Shown here piece by piece: positions 7,850 to 16,634 of a stretch of 26,551 nt of DNA. This DNA comes from a virus (Duplodnaviria; Heunggongvirae; Uroviricota; Caudoviricetes): IMG/VR virus record IMGVR_UViG_2526164666_000046; one strand, 5' to 3'. The notes under the pieces were generated by a model. That model saw nothing but the letters and a program-made list of their open reading frames with translations. It ran no database searches and was not told where the DNA came from. Positions within the stretch are counted from its first letter, which is position 1, and every line of letters begins with the position of its first letter. The translations under genes were made by a program, and so were the position numbers.

Positions 7850-8172
7850 ACTTTCAGGCCTCTCTCATGTAACCAGTGGGTTGCACGCAGCTTTGCGTTT
7901 TCCTCACCGGCAAGCAGTGAGCGGATAATCCCGACAGCCTCGCTGTCGTCGTCCTTCACCGCGGTATGAAGCGTTATCCCCCGGGCCACGCCACGCTTTA
8001 TCGTGATGACGCCTTTTTTCTCCAGTGCGCGAAGATGCTCCACCGCTGCATTCACTGAACGGTATCCCAGCATGGTTGCCACCTCCTGATTGGTTGGCGG
8101 GAAGCCTCGTTCTTTCTGGTAAGAAATCAGCATATCCAGCACCTGCTGCTGGCATTGAGTTAATGTCGTCAT
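7846..8172 (-). CDS. LexA-N-terminal-like winged-helix DNA-binding protein (108 aa)
   Basis: LTQCQQQVLDMLISYQKERGFPPTNQEVATMLGYRSVNAAVEHLRALEKKGVITI resembles the LexA DNA-binding domain; no S24 peptidase domain. Translationally coupled to its neighbours. Confidence 0.6.
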   Translation of the reverse strand: MTTLTQCQQQVLDMLISYQKERGFPPTNQEVATMLGYRSVNAAVEHLRALEKKGVITIKRGVARGITLHTAVKDDDSEAVGIIRSLLAGEENAKLRATHWLHERGLKV

Positions 8173-8822
8173 GCCGCCATCTCCCTGACCAGTTTTTCCG
8201 CCTGCTGGCGAACCTGCGCCAGAAAGGCCTCACCACATGCCTCAAGTTCATCGCGCCCGATGTAGCTGATTGCCGGTCCCTTCCAGGTCTTGTCGAAAAC
8301 AGCAATAGCACCAGCGAAGAAAGCTCCTGTCGGCACCTGCTTCTCGTCCTTCGGTATAAACCAGGCAGGCAGTTCAAAACCAATACGCCCGCGAATAAAA
8401 GCAATATGATCTGCATCTTCCGGCCACCACACTTCGCTGGTGGCAGCTTTGATCAGGAAAACATAGCGCCCGCCTTTATCACGCATGGCACTGGCATGTT
8501 TCATGATGTAACGCATGCCGGTAATGTATTGCCCCTCATGCTGACTGGCACGGCTGTATGGGGGATTACCAAAGGCAGCACCTTTAAGCTCCGCAAGACG
8601 TTCTGACCAGTCGTGCGCCAGCGCGTTGTCTTCCGCCGTGTAATACGCGGCACATTTGGCGTTATCACCGTCAGTAAACAGATCCAGAACAAACGGGCCA
8701 AACAGGGTGTTCATTCCCCAGAAAATGTTGTCCGGCGTGCGCCACTGATCGCCCACTTCCTTCAGTTCATGGGCTGGTTTGTTCCGCAGTTCCACCAGCT
8801 CCTGGCAATATTTATTACTCAT
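8169..8822 (-). CDS. Phage N6-adenine DNA methyltransferase (Dam-type, orphan)
   Basis: AAFGNPPYS (NPPY catalytic motif); start at Met12 of the track ORF (8822), overlapping the upstream stop by 1 nt (TAATG). Confidence 0.8.
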   Translation of the reverse strand: MSNKYCQELVELRNKPAHELKEVGDQWRTPDNIFWGMNTLFGPFVLDLFTDGDNAKCAAYYTAEDNALAHDWSERLAELKGAAFGNPPYSRASQHEGQYITGMRYIMKHASAMRDKGGRYVFLIKAATSEVWWPEDADHIAFIRGRIGFELPAWFIPKDEKQVPTGAFFAGAIAVFDKTWKGPAISYIGRDELEACGEAFLAQVRQQAEKLVREMAA

Positions 8823-9316
8823 TAAGCCCCCACGTAATTCCCTGACAGATACCACTCATCACCCGATGCAGCGCGCTTGCTGCTTTTCCGTAAGCACCGC
8901 TCACGACGCGCCAGAAAATTGTTTCGTTCTGGCTGGGAGTGGCTTTCACGGAATGCCGACATCCACACGGTTGCAGCACGACGGTATAAGCCCCTGGACT
9001 CCAGTTCTTCAGCCTGGCGGGTCAGGCACAAAATCACCCGGGGATCGTTAGTGCCGACATAGAAATTGCGCACAGGTCTGGTTTCTCGAACTGGTTGTGG
9101 TTCCGGCTCCTGCGCTCTCTCAGTCAGGCGCGGGAAATGTCTGCGTGTATCTCCTTCACAACGGTGAGCCACACGCCCACTCTGACGTAACTTGCTTGCA
9201 GACTGCAGAACGCGCTGCCGTGAGTAACCTGTAAAAGCATCTGCAATGTCTCCGGAAGTACACCCCGGATGGGCTTCAATGAATTTCTGAACTTCATTCA
9301 AAAGACTCATAATCAC
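8822..9316 (-). CDS. Hypothetical phage protein with winged-helix-like N-terminus and PerC/ANR-like C-terminal motif
   Basis: N-terminus MSLLNEVQKFIEAHPGCTSGDIADAFTGYSRQRVLQSASKLRQSGRV; C-terminal AATVWMSAFRESHSQPERNNFLARRERC resembles the ANR/PerC pattern from memory. Low certainty. Confidence 0.4.
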   Translation of the reverse strand: MIMSLLNEVQKFIEAHPGCTSGDIADAFTGYSRQRVLQSASKLRQSGRVAHRCEGDTRRHFPRLTERAQEPEPQPVRETRPVRNFYVGTNDPRVILCLTRQAEELESRGLYRRAATVWMSAFRESHSQPERNNFLARRERCLRKSSKRAASGDEWYLSGNYVGA

Positions 9317-10131
9317 CCCCTGAATCCTGCCGGGATCTGGCTGTAGTCCACGTTGTCGTAACTGGCTTTGAAGTACGGGTCCTCGCGTCTGGCTGCAGAT
9401 ACCGCAGGAACTTCCCAGGGTTCTTCGAAATGACGATCCGGGCCAAAGAACGTGACAGCCTGTTTCACAAATTGTGTGCCGCTGTTACCCATCGCAGATA
9501 CCCAGCCCGCGTAGCGTTTCACACCTTCCAGCATGGTTTCGGGGTTTACCCCCTCATTCAAACGGGCTTTCCAGGCTTTGAAGGCTGCAGATTTTGAATT
9601 GCCACCAGCACGTTTGGGATATACCAGCCATGCCTGCTCAAACTCCGAAGAGTATTCCGGTCGGTTTGAACGAACTCGCACGGACTCATCAACTGATGCA
9701 CCAACAGCTATTGGTTCTTTGACTGGTTCTTTGACTGGTTCAAAAGAGTGACTGGTTCTGGGTGAATCTCCTGCACTACCCCCTGGTGCAACTCCTGCAC
9801 TACCTGGTGAATTTGCTGCACCAGATAGTGAATTATTTGCACTACCCCCTAGTGAATCTCCTGCACCATCCAGATGAAGGAGATAGATATTACTTGAGTT
9901 ACCTTTTTCACCTTTCCGGGTGACTTTTTTTACCAGCCCGGACTCACAAAGGGCCGCAATATGATTCATCACAGAACGTTTGCTAATCTCGCACTGGTCA
10001 GCAATATGCTGGTAGCTGGGCCAGCACTCACCCTGATCGCTGGCATTATCAGCCAGCTTGATCAGAACCAGTTTTCGCAATGGATTACCCACTCGAATTT
10101 TCATCGCTTTAACCATCAGCTCCATACTCAT
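9313..10131 (-). CDS. Replication initiator (lambda O-like) with N-terminal HTH and internal iteron-encoding linker
   Basis: N-terminal IRVGNPLRKLVLIKLADNASDQGECWPSYQHIADQCEISKRSVMNHIAALCESGLV (HTH); Gly/Ser/Ala/Pro-rich linker with EPVKEPVKEP encoded by direct DNA repeats; lies between the immunity region and nin-type genes. Exact start uncertain (10131/10125/10116). Confidence 0.6.
   Translation of the reverse strand: MSMELMVKAMKIRVGNPLRKLVLIKLADNASDQGECWPSYQHIADQCEISKRSVMNHIAALCESGLVKKVTRKGEKGNSSNIYLLHLDGAGDSLGGSANNSLSGAANSPGSAGVAPGGSAGDSPRTSHSFEPVKEPVKEPIAVGASVDESVRVRSNRPEYSSEFEQAWLVYPKRAGGNSKSAAFKAWKARLNEGVNPETMLEGVKRYAGWVSAMGNSGTQFVKQAVTFFGPDRHFEEPWEVPAVSAARREDPYFKASYDNVDYSQIPAGFRG
9712..9870. 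repeat. Iteron cluster / putative prophage origin of replication inside the O-like gene
   Basis: TGGTTCTTTGAC x2 (9712-9735); four ~20-bp iteron-like copies GGTGAATCTCCTGCACTACC (9761), GGTGAATTTGCTGCACCAGA (9806), AGTGAATTATTTGCACTACC (9827), AGTGAATCTCCTGCACCATC (9851). Confidence 0.5.
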
Positions 10132-10364
10132 GCTGCACCTCCGAGATGCTTCATGTTTTTTCCGGAGCAAAAGGCTATAAGCGGCATACTGACGCGGTAA
10201 TTACGGCCCAGCGGTTCACAAATCACCTTCTGACATTCACGGTCCACCAGGCTAACACGTAGAACATGCCCTGCAGGCGTGGTGTACCACTGCCCAACTG
10301 TAGGAATTGATGTTTTTTTACGCTGAAATAAACGGTAAATGTTGAGGATCAACGGATTAAGCAT
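10128..10364 (-). CDS. Hypothetical small phage protein (78 aa)
   Basis: ORF translationally coupled between the 278-aa gene and the O-like gene; no recognisable motif. Confidence 0.3.
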   Translation of the reverse strand: MLNPLILNIYRLFQRKKTSIPTVGQWYTTPAGHVLRVSLVDRECQKVICEPLGRNYRVSMPLIAFCSGKNMKHLGGAA

Positions 10365-11193
10365 GACGATGCCCTCCGCTGATATTCAGGAGACGGTGAA
10401 TATGAAAATTAGCCTTATCCGCCAGACGAATACGTTCAGCCTGCAAGTTAAGAAGGGTTTCTACCAGAACCTGATGCGCCTGCGGATCCGAAAGAGTTAC
10501 CTTGCGCAGAGCACGTAGTGCAGTTGTTACATAACTGAGTTTATGTAAGTCTTCATCATTCAGACGAGTGAGGGCTGGGGCAGTAGCCATGATGGCAGCC
10601 TCCTTGATCGGTGAAATACTTCCACCACCGGAAACGCCAATTTCGCTGGTGGTGAACTGAACGGGGTTGGCGTAACCGGTGATCAAGGAAACCGGCGCAT
10701 CTTTCGATGCCCCCGCCCAGCCCACCATAACTTTGATGTGAGCAAATGCGGACGATAAAAAAGACGCTGGCGCGTCATATATCGCCTTGATCAATTCCAG
10801 GACGCCAATCCCGGCACCCGCTTTATAAGGTGCCTGAACAGTGTAACGTCCCGGAATGGCAGAATCAATGTGCTGGTGGTCCTTCACACTCAACAAAATC
10901 ACGCCTGAATTTCCACAAAGGACTAAAGCACTCATGCGGGTAGTCTTTGCGAAGATAGATAACGCGCTGTGTTTCTGGCTCCCAACGAATAACATGGACA
11001 TAAAGCCCTCTTCCGTCACGAAACCAGCGGTTAAGTTCCTGCACAACTCGCCCCCCACAGTCAGGTAAAGTTCTCTGTGGTTACTTACAGCCAGGTGATT
11101 TGGTAATCTGCATTCATGCCGTAACAACAGGTGTTCAGCGACACTGACCACCAGCTGTTGCGACAAACGGTTATTTGCCGTTAAACTGTTCAT
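10357..11193 (-). CDS. Hypothetical early-region protein (278 aa), unknown function
   Basis: Long ORF in operon position between the YdaT-like gene and replication genes; GVSGGGS motif but no Walker A box; not assignable by eye. Confidence 0.45.
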   Translation of the reverse strand: MNSLTANNRLSQQLVVSVAEHLLLRHECRLPNHLAVSNHRELYLTVGGELCRNLTAGFVTEEGFMSMLFVGSQKHSALSIFAKTTRMSALVLCGNSGVILLSVKDHQHIDSAIPGRYTVQAPYKAGAGIGVLELIKAIYDAPASFLSSAFAHIKVMVGWAGASKDAPVSLITGYANPVQFTTSEIGVSGGGSISPIKEAAIMATAPALTRLNDEDLHKLSYVTTALRALRKVTLSDPQAHQVLVETLLNLQAERIRLADKANFHIHRLLNISGGHRHA

Positions 11194-11753
11194 GCGTTAG
11201 TTTCTCCACAGACACAAAACGCCACGACGCCCGGAGCTGCACACTCGCGGGCGTCACTCTTTTCTGGAGCGCAAAAGATTTTGTAGACCAGTGCTGCATG
11301 CTCCTGGAGCTTCGAAATTGACAGATACAACTCATCATTAATTGCTGTCTGCTCGTGTGGCTCCACGACCCCATCTTCGATTGCCGAACGAATCTGCTTT
11401 GAGTAATTCCCGATCTGTTCGATGACTTCCAGCAGGCGCTGGTTTATATCGGCGTTCTCTACTTCCTCAATTTCAGGAAGCGATACGAACACCCCACCAG
11501 CAGACTGTGCGACAGCATCCGCAATGTAGTGAGTGCCAGCCGCGCGCTGTAAAACCATTGCCCATCCCAGCGGGAAAATCTGATCGCCATCGGCACGAAG
11601 GCGGTTAAATAATGCGTTCTCTGTTACATCCAGCCAGTCAGCTGCTTCAGCGTAACCACCCGGCAACGCTGCGATAGTTTTTCTGACAGCTTTCACGTAC
11701 CACTCAGGCTGTTTTTCTACTTTCCAGTGATACTTACCCACGGTTAGCCTCAT
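11190..11753 (-). CDS. Early regulatory protein, YdaT/CII-like by position (187 aa)
   Basis: Immediately downstream of the Cro-like gene as in Rac-type immunity regions; assignment is positional, not motif-based. Confidence 0.4.
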   Translation of the reverse strand: MRLTVGKYHWKVEKQPEWYVKAVRKTIAALPGGYAEAADWLDVTENALFNRLRADGDQIFPLGWAMVLQRAAGTHYIADAVAQSAGGVFVSLPEIEEVENADINQRLLEVIEQIGNYSKQIRSAIEDGVVEPHEQTAINDELYLSISKLQEHAALVYKIFCAPEKSDARECAAPGVVAFCVCGETNA

Positions 11754-11784
11754 CGTTCTGTGGTTAAAAATTGAAGGTGTTCTG

Positions 11785-11985
11785 TTAATCTTTCGGATAG
11801 ATATCCGGTCTTAAGTCAGATTTCGTAATTGCACCTGACGTGCATTGCTCAAGTTTTTTAGCCAGCACAAAACTGGCTTTTTTATAACCATTGAAAACCA
11901 GCCGTAAGTAGCCTGGTGTTGAGCCAACTTTTCCGGCCAACTCGCCCTGCTGTTCTTTGGTTAAAGAGTCCCAATACGCTTTCAT
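11785..11985 (-). CDS. Cro-like repressor (YdaS/DUF1019-type HTH)
   Basis: MKAYWDSLTKEQQGELAGKVGSTPGYLRLVFNGYKKASFVLAKKLEQCTSGAI; ATG at 11985 with GGAGGT 9 nt upstream; divergent from cI across an operator region. Confidence 0.6.
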   Translation of the reverse strand: MKAYWDSLTKEQQGELAGKVGSTPGYLRLVFNGYKKASFVLAKKLEQCTSGAITKSDLRPDIYPKD

Positions 11986-12075
11986 ACAATATGTACCTCC
12001 AATATACATATTACATGATTAATATGAACCTTCAAGATACTTGTACCTTATCGGTACAAAGGTTTTAATTTCTTT
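11986..12075. promoter_or_regulatory. OR-type divergent promoter/operator region between cro-like and cI
   Basis: Perfect inverted repeat TTGTACC-TTATC-GGTACAA (12041-12059) plus extra ATGTACC / GATAC half-sites; the same half-sites recur at the pL-like promoter. Confidence 0.55.
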
Positions 12076-12750
12076 ATGAAAACAGTCCATGACATCCGGC
12101 GGTCTAACGCCAGAAAACTGAGAGATGGTGTTGGCGGGAATTCTTCCTTTGCCACCATGATTGATCGCGAGCCAACCCAGACCAGCAGGTTTATGGGAGA
12201 TGGTGCTACTAAAAATATCGGTGACAGCATGGCACGGCACATCGAAAAATGTTTCGACCTGCCTGTCGGATGGCTTGATCAAGAACACCAGACCACGAAC
12301 ATCACAAAAAAACCTGATGTTTCAATCACTAACAAACAAATAACGTTAGTCCCTGTCATATCATGGGTACAGGCCGGAGCATGGAAAGAAGTTGGCTATT
12401 CTGAGGTTGATTTGAGCACAGCAGAAACTTATCCCTGCCCTGTACCCTGTGGCGAAATGACTTATATCTTGCGGGTGATTGGTGATTCAATGATTGATGA
12501 GTACCGCCCGGGAGACATGATTTTTGTTGATCCCGAAGTCCCTGCCTGCCACGGTGACGACGTTATTGCATTGATGCACGATACAGGCGAAACCACCTTC
12601 AAGCGATTGATAGAAGATGGAACACAGCGTTATCTCAAAGCATTAAACCCAAACTGGCCTGAGCCTTACATTAAGATTAACGGTAATTGCTCTATAATTG
12701 GTACAGTAATTTTCTCAGGAAAACCAAGAAGATACAAAATAAAGGCCTAA
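12076..12750 (+). CDS. CI-type prophage repressor (XRE HTH + S24 LexA-like autopeptidase)
   Basis: N-terminal HTH-like segment ending DLPVGWLD; C-terminal S24 domain with catalytic Ser (RVIGDSMIDEY) and Lys (TTFKRLI), implying RecA-stimulated self-cleavage. Confidence 0.85.
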   Translation: MKTVHDIRRSNARKLRDGVGGNSSFATMIDREPTQTSRFMGDGATKNIGDSMARHIEKCFDLPVGWLDQEHQTTNITKKPDVSITNKQITLVPVISWVQAGAWKEVGYSEVDLSTAETYPCPVPCGEMTYILRVIGDSMIDEYRPGDMIFVDPEVPACHGDDVIALMHDTGETTFKRLIEDGTQRYLKALNPNWPEPYIKINGNCSIIGTVIFSGKPRRYKIKA

Positions 12751-12762
12751 TCAATATTTATA

Positions 12763-12784
12763 ACCTGCTTCGGCAGGTTTTTTA
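12763..12784 (+). terminator. Intrinsic terminator after cI
   Basis: ACCTGC-TTCG-GCAGGT hairpin with a UUCG tetraloop followed by a T6 run, 13 nt after the cI stop. Confidence 0.6.
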
Positions 12785-12787
12785 TAC

Positions 12788-12820
12788 TTGACAATGTACC
12801 CTTGAGATACATAATGTATC
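12788..12820 (+). promoter_or_regulatory. pL-like early-left promoter with operator half-sites
   Basis: TTGACA (12788-12793), 16-nt spacer, CATAAT (12810-12815); overlapped by ATGTACC-CTTGA-GATACAT and GATACA-TAA-TGTATC inverted repeats. Confidence 0.45.
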
Positions 12821-13231
12821 TAAAAGAAACATGCCGCAGGCAAGATTAAACAAAATTTGGTTGTAACACGGCGTATGGCACATGCGTCGTTAGCGGTCTG
12901 GGGACGTTAAAGGGGACAATCCACTCCTTGCTCGGGCAAAAAAACCAGGTAGCCGGAATGTGCAAGTCAATGATGATGCTGATAAGACGCCTAACCAGCG
13001 CGGCGATCCGGTTTGACGCCTGGGAAGAGACCAGGGTGCAACGATGAGGGCATTTATGGAACCGCGACAAAGTGTGGTGCCGTAACTTGCTAAGTGCTCT
13101 CAGCGTTGTGGTAATCCGCGAAATGGCGCGGCGGTAAGTATGGCGGGGTTACTCTTTCCCCGTTGAGGACACCGGATTGTCAGGTTGACCATACGCCTGA
13201 GTGACAACCCCACCACAACAGCCACTGCTTT

Positions 13232-13278
13232 GGCGGTACCAGTTTGTACACTTGCTTCCGGCTGGTACCGCTCTTTTT
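13232..13278 (+). terminator. Hairpin + T-tract (terminator or structured RNA element) in the long pL leader
   Basis: GGTACCAG (13235-13242) / 19-nt loop / CTGGTACC (13262-13269) followed by GCTCTTTTT (13270-13278). Confidence 0.4.
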
Positions 13279-13416
13279 ACAAAACAGAGAAGAGCATCAC
13301 CGGACGACGGGCTCATAACCCAATCCAGCCGGGCGGCTGCCACCGCAGGTGTTCTTCTCTGTTTTGTGGAGAAACCAACCGACCTTGCAGGGTCGATATG
13401 ATGAGGAGCAGCAAAA

Positions 13417-13778
13417 TGGCTAGCGAACGCAGTACTGATGTGCAGGCATTTATCGGGGAGCTGGACGGCGGCGTATTTGAAACCAAAATCGGCGCAGTTC
13501 TCAGTGAAGTCGCTTCCGGTGTGATGAACACGAAAACCAAAGGTAAGGTCTCGCTCAACCTGGAAATCGAACCGTTTGATGAGAACCGTGTGAAAATCAA
13601 ACACAAACTCTCATATGTTCGCCCGACTAACCGCGGGAAAATTTCCGAAGAAGACACCACCGAAACGCCGATGTATGTCAATCGCGGTGGTCGACTGACT
13701 ATTCTGCAGGAAGACCAGGGACAATTACTGACTCTTGCCGGTGAACCTGACGGAAAACTCCGCGCAGCAGGTCATTAA
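13417..13778 (+). CDS. Hypothetical early-left protein (120 aa)
   Basis: ATG at 13417 preceded by GAGGAG 7 nt upstream (MASERSTDVQAFIGELDGG...); the track ORF's 5' extension to 13185 lacks an RBS and crosses the hairpin. Confidence 0.45.
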
Positions 13779-13843
13779 TATCGTTCTTAATTAACTGATT
13801 ATTTATCTCATCACTGAATATCTTTATATAGTGAGGACTTATT

Positions 13844-14668
13844 ATGTCTCAGAACTTAGACGCAACCGCAATTAATCAAATCCATGCCCTTATTTCTGCT
13901 CAGGGTGTTAATGAAATTATCAGTAATATTGGTGCCGATGCTGTGGCATTGCCTGAGAATTTCCGCATTCATGATCTGGAAAAATTTAATTTAAATCGCT
14001 TCCGTTTCCGTGGTGCGCTTTCCACTGCCAGCATCGATGACTTTACCCGTTATTCTAAAGATCTTGCAGATGAAGGCACCCGCTGCTTTATCGATGCCGA
14101 TAATATGCGAGCCGTCAGTGTGCTTAACCTGGGTACTATTGATGAACCAGGTCACGCAGATAACACCGCCACCCTCAAACTGAAAAAGACAGCACCGTTT
14201 TCTGCTCTGTTGTCTGTTAATGGCGAGCGTAACTCCCAGAAGTCACTGGCAGAATGGATTGAAGACTGGGCCGACTACCTTGTGGGCTTTGATGCTAATG
14301 GTGACACCATTCAGGCAACCAAAGCGGCTGCGGCAGTCCGTAAAATCACAATTGAAGCAAACCAGACCGCTGATTTTGAAGACAATGACTTCAGCGGCAA
14401 ACGCTCCCTGATGGAGTCTGTCGAAGCGAAGACCAAAGACATTATGCCAGTGGCATTTGAATTTAAATGCGTTCCGTTTGAAGGCCTGAAAGAACGTCCG
14501 TTTAAATTACGCCTCAGCATTATCACTGGCGATCGTCCTGTACTGGTTCTGCGCATTATTCAGCTGGAAGCGATGCAGGAAGAAATGGCTAACGAATTTC
14601 GTGATCTGCTTGTTGAGAAATTCAAAGACAGCAAAGTAGAAACCTTTATTGGTACTTTCACCGCCTGA
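13844..14668 (+). CDS. yfdQ: DUF2303-type prophage protein (YfdQ-like, 274 aa)
   Basis: Length (274 aa) and position directly upstream of a 178-aa HD-domain gene match my memory of the CPS-53 yfdQ-yfdR pair; symbol given on that basis, not on a computed alignment. Confidence 0.55.
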   Translation: MSQNLDATAINQIHALISAQGVNEIISNIGADAVALPENFRIHDLEKFNLNRFRFRGALSTASIDDFTRYSKDLADEGTRCFIDADNMRAVSVLNLGTIDEPGHADNTATLKLKKTAPFSALLSVNGERNSQKSLAEWIEDWADYLVGFDANGDTIQATKAAAAVRKITIEANQTADFEDNDFSGKRSLMESVEAKTKDIMPVAFEFKCVPFEGLKERPFKLRLSIITGDRPVLVLRIIQLEAMQEEMANEFRDLLVEKFKDSKVETFIGTFTA

Positions 14669-14680
14669 TTTCATTACTGC

Positions 14681-14702
14681 AAATGCCCCTGCGGGGGCAT
14701 TT
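14681..14702 (+). terminator. Hairpin after the YfdQ-like gene (weak terminator)
   Basis: AAATGCCCC-TGCG-GGGGCATTT perfect inverted repeat; weak T-tract after it. Confidence 0.35.
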
Positions 14703-14796
14703 ATGGAAACGTAATTAACTCAATAATCACCGGATGGTGAGAGCTTCCTTTTAGCAGAATTCAGCGCGGTGCAGCGCATATAAAGTGGAGAACGAA

Positions 14797-15333
14797 ATGT
14801 CATTTATTAAAACTTTTTCCGGGAAGCATTTTTATTATGACAAGATAAATAAAGACGACATCGTGATTAACGATATCGCAGTTTCCCTTTCAAATATCTG
14901 TCGCTTTGCAGGACATCTTTCACACTTCTACAGTGTCGCCCAGCATGCGGTGCTTTGCAGCCAGCTGGTGCCGCAGGAATTTGCTTTTGAAGCGTTAATG
15001 CATGATGCAACAGAAGCATATTGCCAGGACATCCCCGCGCCACTGAAACGACTTCTTCCTGACTATAAACGGATGGAAGAAAAAATAGACGCCGTAATCC
15101 GTGAGAAATACGGGTTACCTCCTGTTATGAGCACGCCAGTGAAATATGCCGATCTCATCATGCTGGCAACCGAACGCCGCGATCTCGGACTTGATGATGG
15201 CTCTTTCTGGCCTGTATTGGAAGGTATCCCGGCAACAGAGATGTTCAAAGTGATTCCACTGGCACCGGGCCATGCCTACGGGATGTTTATGGAACGCTTC
15301 AACGAGTTATCGGAATTACGCAAATGTGCATAA
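14797..15333 (+). CDS. yfdR: HD-domain phosphohydrolase (YfdR-like 5'-deoxynucleotidase, 178 aa)
   Basis: HD motif context ...SVAQHAVLCSQL... and downstream ...EALMHDATEAYCQDIP; start at MSFIKTF (14797). Confidence 0.65.
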   Translation: MSFIKTFSGKHFYYDKINKDDIVINDIAVSLSNICRFAGHLSHFYSVAQHAVLCSQLVPQEFAFEALMHDATEAYCQDIPAPLKRLLPDYKRMEEKIDAVIREKYGLPPVMSTPVKYADLIMLATERRDLGLDDGSFWPVLEGIPATEMFKVIPLAPGHAYGMFMERFNELSELRKCA

Positions 15334-16202
15334 CTCATGTAGTTAGTTTTTCTGGCGGGAGAACATCTGCATATCTTGTTCACCTGATGGAAGAACAAAG
15401 AAAGGCTGGCAATAACGTCTGCTACATCTTTATGGATACCGGTTGCGAACATCCGCTGACATACCGCTTTATTCGGGAGGTTTTGAAGTTCTGGGGCATA
15501 CCGCTAACTGTGTTGCAGGTCGATATAAATCCAGAGCTTGGGCAGCCAAATGGTTATACGGAATGGGAACCAAAGGATATTCAGACGCGAATGCCGGTGC
15601 TTAAACCGTTTATGGACATGGTTAAAAAGTACGGTACGCCATACATCGGCGGCGCATTCTGTACTGACAGGCTAAAACTCACCCCTTTCACGAAATATTG
15701 CGATGACCATTTTGGGCGAGGGAATTACATCACATGGCTCGGTATTCGTGCGGACGAACCCCGTAGGCTGAAACCGAAACCTGGCGTCCGGTATCTTGCC
15801 GAGCTGTCAGATTTTGATAAGTCGGATGTTATCCGGTGGTGGCAAAAACAACCTTTTGATTTGCAAATCCCGGAGCACCTCGGGAACTGTGTTTTTTGCA
15901 TCAAAAAGTCAACGCAAAAGCTGGGGCTTGCATGTAAAGACGAACCTGGTCTGATGCGGGTTTTTAATGAACTGGTTACAGGCAAACACGTCAGGGATGG
16001 TCATCGCAGAACAGGTAAAGACGTTATGTACCGTGGTCACCTGACGCTTGACGGGATTGCCAGAATGTATGCCGACAGCGACTACAGAAGTTTGTATCAG
16101 GCGATGGTGCTGGCCAAGCGGTTTGATACTGGTTCGTGTTCCGAATCATGTGAAATCTGGGGTGACCAATTGGAGTTGAAATTCGAAGAGGTCGTGGCAT
16201 GA
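15324..16202 (+). CDS. PAPS-reductase-like PP-loop protein (phage-type, 292 aa)
   Basis: N-terminal PP-loop VVSFSGGRTSAYLV (SGGxxS) and length typical of the phosphoadenosine-phosphosulfate reductase superfamily; overlaps the HD gene by 10 nt. Confidence 0.7.
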   Translation: MCITHVVSFSGGRTSAYLVHLMEEQRKAGNNVCYIFMDTGCEHPLTYRFIREVLKFWGIPLTVLQVDINPELGQPNGYTEWEPKDIQTRMPVLKPFMDMVKKYGTPYIGGAFCTDRLKLTPFTKYCDDHFGRGNYITWLGIRADEPRRLKPKPGVRYLAELSDFDKSDVIRWWQKQPFDLQIPEHLGNCVFCIKKSTQKLGLACKDEPGLMRVFNELVTGKHVRDGHRRTGKDVMYRGHLTLDGIARMYADSDYRSLYQAMVLAKRFDTGSCSESCEIWGDQLELKFEEVVA

Positions 16203-16402
16203 CAATCGTAAAAACCCATACCGGTACCGTGATCACCAAAGATGGCCCGCAGGTAAAAAAATTGCACCAAACAGAGCGGATGTGGGTCGTTGGCAAAAAC
16301 GAGTTTTACCACAAAGAAACTGGACGCCGCCATTTTGCAGAAAATACGCGCCGCCGACTGCTGTTAGACACCATCAAGCCTATCGAGGTGAAGCATGTTT
16401 AA
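16199..16402 (+). CDS. Hypothetical small protein (67 aa)
   Basis: ATGA-coupled to the upstream gene; no motif recognised. Confidence 0.4.
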   Translation: MTIVKTHTGTVITKDGPQVKKLHQTERMWVVGKNEFYHKETGRRHFAENTRRRLLLDTIKPIEVKHV

Positions 16403-16634
16403 ACAGAACGAAAAAGCTATCGCTCAAATTGCTGATTATATCCCGCGTGCGTGCCGGGGTATGCAGTTGCAGGAAGCCAAAGCGCGCCTGGAGAAAAAAA
16501 TTGCGCTCTATATCGATGACGGCTGTGATGCTGCCGTTCTTAACGCGGCGTTCGCGCCAGCTCTTAACAGCCATACGCGGGAGGCTTTTTTTTCGCGCAT
16601 CGCAGCGCAGATCCGTAAAGGAGGCAACCAGTGA
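16395..16634 (+). CDS. Hypothetical small protein (79 aa)
   Basis: Overlapping-coupled ORF in the early-left operon. Confidence 0.4.
   Translation: MFKQNEKAIAQIADYIPRACRGMQLQEAKARLEKKIALYIDDGCDAAVLNAAFAPALNSHTREAFFSRIAAQIRKGGNQ

Noticed and set aside
9700-9875. Direct repeats that could be mistaken for a CRISPR array
   Set aside because: The repeats are imperfect, of uneven spacing, lie inside a continuous protein-coding frame (the O-like linker) and have no leader or cas genes nearby; they fit replication-origin iterons.
12846-13604. Minus-strand ORFs 12846..13070 and 13149..13604 in the pL leader
   Set aside because: They are antisense to the early-left transcription unit, lack RBSs, and have compositionally odd translations; the region is better explained as a non-coding leader.
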